This document shows, piece after piece, positions 57,933 to 64,000 of a stretch of 64,000 nt of DNA. The stretch is from NCBI GenBank assembly GCA_016928835.1, contig JAFGJW010000001.1:86306-150305 (forward strand). The letters run 5' to 3'. The DNA comes from Candidatus Woesearchaeota archaeon (GTDB lineage Archaea > Nanobdellota > Nanobdellia > Woesearchaeales > GW2011-AR15). A program made the position numbers and the translations under genes. The notes beneath the pieces were generated by a model. It did no database searches. It was not told the DNA's origin and saw nothing but the letters and a program-made list of their open reading frames with translations. Numbering within the stretch: position 1 is the first letter of the stretch; the number at the start of each line of letters is the position of its first letter.

Positions 57933-59894
57933 ATGAAAAGGAAATTGTGTTATGGTTTGTTTTTGATAATGTTGCTTTTTGTTGCTTCGTGCAATAATAA
58001 TAAGGACACTGCTGGAGAAGCATTTTCAATTGCCGCAGCTCCTGAAGCAAGAAAATGTACAAGCAATGACCAATGCAAGCTAGGAACTTTTTGTGAATTC
58101 CCGCCAGGACTTTGCGGTGGCAAAGGGGAATGCGTGAGAGTCCCAATAGAATGTTCAGGTGAGGAAGAGCCTGTATGCGGCTGTGACAAATACACTTATC
58201 TGAATGACTGCTATCGAAAAATGCAAAAGATGCCGAAATTATTTGATGGAAGTTGTCAGACGAGTGAATCCCTGAAACTGGAAAAACCTCAAAATAAATA
58301 TAACTTGTTTGATACTTTAAAAGATGTCTGGCCTGAGCAGATTACTAAAAATGAACTGGCTGTCTTGCTTGCAGATGAGCACATTGTCTTGCCAGTTTCT
58401 CCTACAGATATTAGCCCTGGAATACCTAAGGTGGCTATCACACAAAGCCTTCTTTTCCCTCAGACAACAGGTATGTTCACTTTTGAACAGGATGATGGTG
58501 AAAATACTGGTTTTTATCTAAATCTTGATGGAGATTATAAATTATACAATTATAGTTTTTCATTTGCGACACCTGTTGATTATAAGGATGGTACGCCGCT
58601 CTTGGGAGCACCACTTGCATTTCAGCACACAAAATTTATTATAACCGGTGCATATGTTACTCCCGCGCAAAATCTTGACTCAGTCACTCTTGTGGATGGA
58701 CTGGATATATGGCTTTCCCAAATGCAGGACTTTACATACCAAGGCCATGATATTATGGTTGCCAGTGTGGCAAATGGACAATGTGCAGTAAACGTGGATG
58801 GGAATCTTCAATGGATTACAAACTATGAGACGCGGGATTTCAATGGCTATTTGGTGACGCTCCTTGATGTAGAAGATGGGAAACAGAAGAGGTGCTACCT
58901 CGCTTTGGGAGGAAGAGAAATTAGGCTCAGAAATAACCAAGAAGTTGAGATAAACCAATATGAAGTTGACGGCTCACTTGTCACTTTTAGCATGCTTCAG
59001 ACAGGGCGTTGGTCAAAATTATTTCTGACTTATGAACCACAGGATGATATTTACTTACCAACAGGAAGCAGCTTCGTTGATCCAATTTTTGGCGCGTGGA
59101 AGTTAGTGTATCAAGGCCATAATGAAAATGATCAAATTATTGAATTTAGCAGAGAAACAGCTAACAGAGCATTACTATCTTTCAAAGATACTGGTCACAG
59201 CGTTGAAATACCTTATTTCTATGACTTGCAGTCTAATAGTGTAAAGCTTGGCAGGGATAATGATGAGCAGCTGTTGTTGCCAGGGGAATGTCTATCTCAA
59301 GGCACAGGAATTGAAGGCACGATGATGCTTTACACAATAGAACAAGGAGAAAGTCACGTGCTTGAGATTTCAGACATTGACACAGCAAACAACCTTGTGG
59401 ATATTACAGATCTTACTTATGGAGTGACTTATGAGGACAAATCCTTTGTACCAGGTCAAATAACAACAATTGTATTGGGATCACTCGGGCCGCTTAAACT
59501 CTTGTTGAATTCAACTTATTTGTCATTTTATCCAACATATGGCTCAGGACCCATCATATCTGGTGAGTCAATGTGGCTTCAATTTAATGATACAGTGCTC
59601 CGCTTTGATGAGTTAAACGCTTCAGAGGCAGGAGAATCAAGCATTGTAGCGGGACTAAGCTATGATTTAGCTGATTCAAAGATAATAATTGAGCAGCCAG
59701 CACTTGTACCTGGTTCTTTTGCATGGTATGAATCTTATGAAGACAGCGACACAGTAGAAGCAGTGACAAAAAAGGGAACACATCTTGTCTATGATTTAGA
59801 AGAGCAAGGCAGCCTTGTGGTTAACCATGCTCATGATGAAATAACAGCTGAAGTATACCTAGCTAGCATTGACTGGACACCTTCTTTGCCTTAA
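57933..59894 (+). CDS. Secreted lipoprotein: Kazal-type domain plus large acidic beta-rich (S-layer-like) region
   Basis: Signal peptide ending in lipobox VASC; Cys-rich C...PVCGCD..TY.NDC...G.C Kazal pattern; the rest is D/E/T-rich with FVDPIFG. Confidence 0.7.
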   Translation: MKRKLCYGLFLIMLLFVASCNNNKDTAGEAFSIAAAPEARKCTSNDQCKLGTFCEFPPGLCGGKGECVRVPIECSGEEEPVCGCDKYTYLNDCYRKMQKMPKLFDGSCQTSESLKLEKPQNKYNLFDTLKDVWPEQITKNELAVLLADEHIVLPVSPTDISPGIPKVAITQSLLFPQTTGMFTFEQDDGENTGFYLNLDGDYKLYNYSFSFATPVDYKDGTPLLGAPLAFQHTKFIITGAYVTPAQNLDSVTLVDGLDIWLSQMQDFTYQGHDIMVASVANGQCAVNVDGNLQWITNYETRDFNGYLVTLLDVEDGKQKRCYLALGGREIRLRNNQEVEINQYEVDGSLVTFSMLQTGRWSKLFLTYEPQDDIYLPTGSSFVDPIFGAWKLVYQGHNENDQIIEFSRETANRALLSFKDTGHSVEIPYFYDLQSNSVKLGRDNDEQLLLPGECLSQGTGIEGTMMLYTIEQGESHVLEISDIDTANNLVDITDLTYGVTYEDKSFVPGQITTIVLGSLGPLKLLLNSTYLSFYPTYGSGPIISGESMWLQFNDTVLRFDELNASEAGESSIVAGLSYDLADSKIIIEQPALVPGSFAWYESYEDSDTVEAVTKKGTHLVYDLEEQGSLVVNHAHDEITAEVYLASIDWTPSLP

Positions 59895-59929
59895 TTAATT
59901 TTTTATATTCTTCTCTTTTCTCTTTTTTC

Positions 59930-60829
59930 ATGGCAAGAGCATGCGGCAAGATAATCCTTTTTGGAGAGCATTCTGTTGTTTATGGAAAACCTGCAATTGC
60001 TGTTCCTGTCAAAAGTGTTTTCACTGAAGTTAATATTGAAAAGAGCGAATCATTCAAATGTTCAACAACTTATAAGTTAACCGATTCTGAAAAAAACAAT
60101 CTTAAAAAGATAATTGGAATAGTCCTGAAAAAATTAAAGATTAGAAATAAAAACTTTAAATTGAAAATAAATTCAACAATCCCAGTCTCCTCTGGAATGG
60201 GGAGCAGCGCTGCATTATCTGTTTCGATTATCAGAGAAATTTCAGCATTTTTTGGTAATAATCTGAACAATAACCAAATTTCTGAAATAGCATTTGAATG
60301 CGAGAAACAGTTTCATGGAACTCCAAGCGGGATTGACAATAATGTGGTAACCTATGAAAAACCAATTTATTTTATTAAAAATAAGAAACTAGAATTTGTT
60401 AGAGTAAAAAGACCATTCACAATAATAATAGCAGACACTGGAATAAAATCTTCAACTAAGGATATTGTTGCAGATGTTGGGAGAATGTATGAAAAAAACA
60501 GACAGCTTTATGACAGATATTTCAATGAAATGGCTGGTATCGCTGTACAAGCTAAAAAGGCAATTGAAACTGGAGAAATTAATCTGATTGGAAACTTAAT
60601 GAATGAGAACCATGGTCTATTACAAAAAATAAATGTCTCATGCGGAGAACTTGATTTTTTGGTTGGAGTGGCATTAGAAAACGGCGCCCTCGGAGCAAAA
60701 ATGGTCGGCGGCGGCAGGGGAGGGAACATCATAGCACTTGCGGAAAATAACAGAAAAAAATTGATTGAGAACTTGCTGAAAGCACAAGCAGTCAATTGCA
60801 TAACTACAGATATTGGAAAAACACAATAA
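59930..60829 (+). CDS. mvk: Mevalonate kinase
   Basis: GKIILFGEHSVVYGKPAIA, PVSSGMGSSAA, HGTPSGID, GAKMVGGGRGG. Confidence 0.93.
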   Translation: MARACGKIILFGEHSVVYGKPAIAVPVKSVFTEVNIEKSESFKCSTTYKLTDSEKNNLKKIIGIVLKKLKIRNKNFKLKINSTIPVSSGMGSSAALSVSIIREISAFFGNNLNNNQISEIAFECEKQFHGTPSGIDNNVVTYEKPIYFIKNKKLEFVRVKRPFTIIIADTGIKSSTKDIVADVGRMYEKNRQLYDRYFNEMAGIAVQAKKAIETGEINLIGNLMNENHGLLQKINVSCGELDFLVGVALENGALGAKMVGGGRGGNIIALAENNRKKLIENLLKAQAVNCITTDIGKTQ

Positions 60830-60831
60830 AA

Positions 60832-61197
60832 TTACGGGACGTTTTTCTTTAATCGTTCCATTAAATCATTAATATCAAATGGTTTTGTTATATAATCAAT
60901 AATGTTAGGCTCTCTGAATAAAACCGCTTTCTCCTCCTCTGAAAACCTGACAGCAGTGACGAGAATTATTTTTAGGTTACCCAATCCCATCTTCTTTAAT
61001 TCATTTAAAATTTGGCTTGTATTCAAACCTGGCATCACTACATCCAGTAGAACAAGATTCGGTTTATGTTTTCTCACACTTCTTAGGAACTCCTCTCCGT
61101 CATATGCCATTGCTGTTTTATATCCAGCCTTCTTAACACTAATCTGCAATGTTTGGATGATATCTTTGTTGTCATCAACTATCATTATCTTTGCCAT
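60832..61197 (-). CDS. Stand-alone response regulator receiver (CheY-like)
   Basis: IMIVDD, LLDVVMP (phospho-acceptor Asp), VTA, YITKPF. Confidence 0.92.
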   Translation of the reverse strand: MAKIMIVDDNKDIIQTLQISVKKAGYKTAMAYDGEEFLRSVRKHKPNLVLLDVVMPGLNTSQILNELKKMGLGNLKIILVTAVRFSEEEKAVLFREPNIIDYITKPFDINDLMERLKKNVP

Positions 61198-61448
61198 TTT
61201 ATATCTCCTTTCCCTATATGTTCTTTTTCTTTAAGTAAAATATAATCCACAACCCAATATTTTTTATAACTTTTACTTTATAAATTTTGTTTGCCACTTA
61301 TTTGTAGAAAATATGAATTTTTTTTAAAAATAGTATGCTCTAAAGTCATTTTTATATCTTTTCTGGTAAATTTTATATTTTTTGGATAAATTCGTTATTT
61401 TGAGATTTAGGTAAATAATAAAAATACAATCGTTTTTCAGTGAAAGTA

Positions 61449-62528
61449 ATGAATTTTAAAGCAACTTTAACTGGGTATAAGGAACTTTTTGATAAGGAAC
61501 TAAATACTCTGCTTGAAGAAGAATTAAGCAGATATGAAAATAAAACAGTCAAACAAAATATATCTTTATTAAAAGAATATATCCTACCTGGAGGTAAGCG
61601 CTTAAGGCCAATTGCCGCGATGATGGCGTATAAGGCCTTTTCTAGTAATGAGAAACTAATGATACGCCCTGCCTTATTTATCGAGTTCTTCCATAACTAT
61701 ACTCTGATTTTTGATGATTTGATGGATGAAGATGATTATAGAAGGGGAAGAGAAGGCGTGCAGAAAAAACTAAAAAACATTTTTTTAAGCAATAATAATG
61801 AAAAAAGATATGACGGTGCAATCTTCTCTTTTGCATCAAAAAGATACGCAGCCTCTATCTCAATGCTGCTGGGATTAATTTGCGATACCTTAAGCAGAAG
61901 GGTGATTGTTGAAAATCAATTTCCAGATAATAACAAAATAAAAGCACTAGCTGTTTTAAATGATTTATCTAGGATAGTCGCAGAAGGTCAATTAATGGAT
62001 ATACAAATGGAATCGTTGAAGGAGATTAAGGAAGAAGACTACTTAGAAATGATTCAAAAGAAAACAGCATCTCTTTTTATTTCAGCTATTGAAATAGGAG
62101 CGCTATTTGGAAACGCAGACCCAGAACAAATTAATAGATTGAAAGATTATGCTCTTAATATATCCACTGCGTTTCAGATTCAAGATGATATACTTGATAT
62201 CTCTTCTGAGCTGAAAAAAGGACATGACCTAGGCAGTGATATAAAAAAAGGAAAAAGGACCTTACTTGTCATTAAGGCATTTGAAAGGGCTGATGAACAT
62301 CAAAAGAGGATATTACTTGATATATTAGGTAGAGGCAATGCCACTTCAAGCGAAGTGCTGCAGGTAGTTAAAATTTTTAGTGAAACAGGGGCAAAGGAAT
62401 ATTGCCAAAATCTTGCAGAGGATAAGATTCAAAATGGAAAAGATATGTTAACAAAATTAGATCTAAATCAAGAAAGCAAAGAATTTTTTATGCAATTTGC
62501 AGATTATATGTCCAAAAGAGCACATTAA
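61449..62528 (+). CDS. Short-chain polyprenyl diphosphate (GGPP) synthase
   Basis: GGKRLRP, FARM YTLIFDDLMDED..RRG (Tyr at -5), GQ.MD, KTA, SARM FQIQDDILD. Alternative GTG start at 61440. Confidence 0.93.
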   Translation: MNFKATLTGYKELFDKELNTLLEEELSRYENKTVKQNISLLKEYILPGGKRLRPIAAMMAYKAFSSNEKLMIRPALFIEFFHNYTLIFDDLMDEDDYRRGREGVQKKLKNIFLSNNNEKRYDGAIFSFASKRYAASISMLLGLICDTLSRRVIVENQFPDNNKIKALAVLNDLSRIVAEGQLMDIQMESLKEIKEEDYLEMIQKKTASLFISAIEIGALFGNADPEQINRLKDYALNISTAFQIQDDILDISSELKKGHDLGSDIKKGKRTLLVIKAFERADEHQKRILLDILGRGNATSSEVLQVVKIFSETGAKEYCQNLAEDKIQNGKDMLTKLDLNQESKEFFMQFADYMSKRAH

Positions 62529-62529
62529 G

Positions 62530-63522
62530 ATGACCAACAGAAAAAAAGAACATATTGACATTTGCCTTAATAAGAATGTTGAATATGGAGATACAGGTTT
62601 TGAATATTATAGATTTACGCACAATGCATTACCGGAAGTTAATATGCAAGAGATTGATACTTCTGTCGATTTCTTAGGCAAAAATATTAATGCTCCAATC
62701 ATTATATCTGCAGTTACTTATGACAGAGAACATCAGGAGCTAACCACAAATCTTGCTAAGGCTGCAGAAAAGTTGAAGTTGGTTATGAGCCTTGGTTCTC
62801 AGAGAATCCTAATAGAGCAACCTCAAATGGCTATGGATGAAGACATTAGAAAACACTGCCCAACCATTCCTCTGCTTGCGAATCTTGGAGCAATACAATT
62901 GAACTATGGCTTTTCCGCAAATGAATGCAATAAAATCATTCAAAATGTAAAAGCAGATGCACTAGTGTTGCATTTGAATCCGTTGCAGGAAGCTATTCAA
63001 CCAGAGGGCCAGACTAATTTTAAATATCTACTGTCTAAAATTAAAAAAATTGTGGATAATTTGGATTGTCCTGTCATTGTAAAAGAAGTTGGTTCAGGCA
63101 TTTCTAAAGATGTTGCTTTTAAGCTAAAACAAATTGGTGTCTCTATTATAGATGTTGCAGGCCACGGCGGCACAAACTGGGCATTGATTGAAGGGCACAG
63201 GGCCAATAATAGATTGGGTGAGACATTTAGAGAATGGGGAATACCTACTGTCGAAGCAATCTCCCAGTGTAATGATGTTGACCTGCAATTGATAGCTGGC
63301 GGCGGCATCCGTTCTGGTTTGGATATTGCCAAAGCTATTGCTCTTGGAGCAGATTATGTAAGTATAGCTTTACCTTTGTTGAGACCAGCAACTATTTCAG
63401 AAGGTGAAGTCATTAAAATATTGCAACAATTTATTCATGAACTTAAAATTACAATGTTCTGTATTGGAGCAAAAAATATTAAAGAGCTGCAAAATACCAA
63501 AGCATTGGTAAAAGTAAAATGA
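62530..63522 (+). CDS. fni: Type 2 isopentenyl-diphosphate delta-isomerase (FMN-dependent)
   Basis: RKKEHI, HNALPE, GSQR, ANLG, HLNPLQE..QPEG, VKEVG.G, GGTNW, WGIPT, GGIR. Confidence 0.93.
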   Translation: MTNRKKEHIDICLNKNVEYGDTGFEYYRFTHNALPEVNMQEIDTSVDFLGKNINAPIIISAVTYDREHQELTTNLAKAAEKLKLVMSLGSQRILIEQPQMAMDEDIRKHCPTIPLLANLGAIQLNYGFSANECNKIIQNVKADALVLHLNPLQEAIQPEGQTNFKYLLSKIKKIVDNLDCPVIVKEVGSGISKDVAFKLKQIGVSIIDVAGHGGTNWALIEGHRANNRLGETFREWGIPTVEAISQCNDVDLQLIAGGGIRSGLDIAKAIALGADYVSIALPLLRPATISEGEVIKILQQFIHELKITMFCIGAKNIKELQNTKALVKVK

Positions 63523-64000
63523 AAAAAATAGTTTCAGCATTAGTCTTTCTGCTTCTATGCTTGAGTGTTAATGCAGGTTACATCTCCCTTTCTACCAAAA
63601 TAGATGCCAATGTGACAGATTCAAGTCTATATATAGAAGTTGCCAATACTAATTACGGAAATGATATTGCTACAAACCTCCTTGTAACTACAATTGTGGG
63701 GGATGACTTTAAGACCGGAAAGGCAAAAGATATGTTGAATCCAGAGGAGAGTTCTACAACCCGAACAAAACATAATATTAAAAGCAAATTGCCAGGCACT
63801 TATCCACTCATAGTATCAGTTGATTATTCTGACATTAATTCGTTTCCTTTTCAGATTCTTACATCAAGTTATTATATCTTTCAAAATGAGAGTATTCCAA
63901 AAATTGCTCTGCAGCTCAGCGGAATACAGCTTGTTGACAAGGGCAACATAAAACTATATATTAGAAATCTTGACACCACAAGTAAGGGCATTACTCTTAG
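63519..64000 (+). CDS. Secreted Ig-like (CARDB/S-layer-associated) protein, truncated by the window end
   Basis: Manual translation MKKIVSALVFLLLCLSVNA (signal peptide)...NYGNDIATN...PGTYPLIVSVDYSD...; frame open to the window end; ATG overlaps the fni stop. Confidence 0.65.
   Translation, partial: MKKIVSALVFLLLCLSVNAGYISLSTKIDANVTDSSLYIEVANTNYGNDIATNLLVTTIVGDDFKTGKAKDMLNPEESSTTRTKHNIKSKLPGTYPLIVSVDYSDINSFPFQILTSSYYIFQNESIPKIALQLSGIQLVDKGNIKLYIRNLDTTSKGITL

Noticed and set aside
61195-61212. pET/T7-like RBS AAGGAGATATA before the receiver gene, suggesting vector contamination
   Set aside because: The same AAGGAGATATA precedes native rpl32e (about 18588-18598), and no other vector sequence is present.
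1-64000. CRISPR arrays, rRNA, transposases, prophage genes, stop-codon reassignment
   Set aside because: None seen; TAA, TAG and TGA all terminate conserved genes at expected lengths.

Overview
AT-rich archaeal chromosome segment, most likely DPANN (Woesearchaeota-like): the fused PriS-PriL primase, N-terminally extended uS14 and archaeal BRE/TATA promoters point that way. Layout: (1) 1-9.8 kb housekeeping genes (NMD3, TraB, an apparently inactive M50 homologue, Hef, toprim, NUDIX, primase, NnrD). (2) 9.9-25.4 kb archaeal S10/spc ribosomal superoperon (rpl3 to secY, then DUF106), preceded by a structured ~110-nt leader; an antisense arginase-fold orphan sits where adkA is usually found. (3) 25.4-45.4 kb surface-glycan island with three B12-binding radical SAM enzymes, a SPASM radical SAM, methyltransferases, an amino-sugar module, duplicated GT4s, a flippase and UDP-glucose dehydrogenase. 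It is capped by a divergent ribbon-helix-helix/degenerate-nucleotidyltransferase fusion that seems to need an ATT start and has a candidate operator. (4) 45.5-50.7 kb ZPR1, a GC-rich multi-hairpin element, an intron-containing tRNA-Asn(GTT) abutting a divergent bacterial-type (class II) CCA/poly(A)-polymerase-like gene, and an SxtK/split-SxtJ/carbamoyltransferase module whose SxtK-like ORF is missing from the ORF track. (5) 54-63.5 kb mevalonate/isoprenoid cluster (HMGS, thiolase, DUF35, HMGR, MVK, GGPPS, IDI-2) interrupted by a Kazal/S-layer-like lipoprotein and a lone receiver domain. No CRISPR array, rRNA, transposase or integrase was seen. All calls come from motif recognition by eye; no database searches were run.
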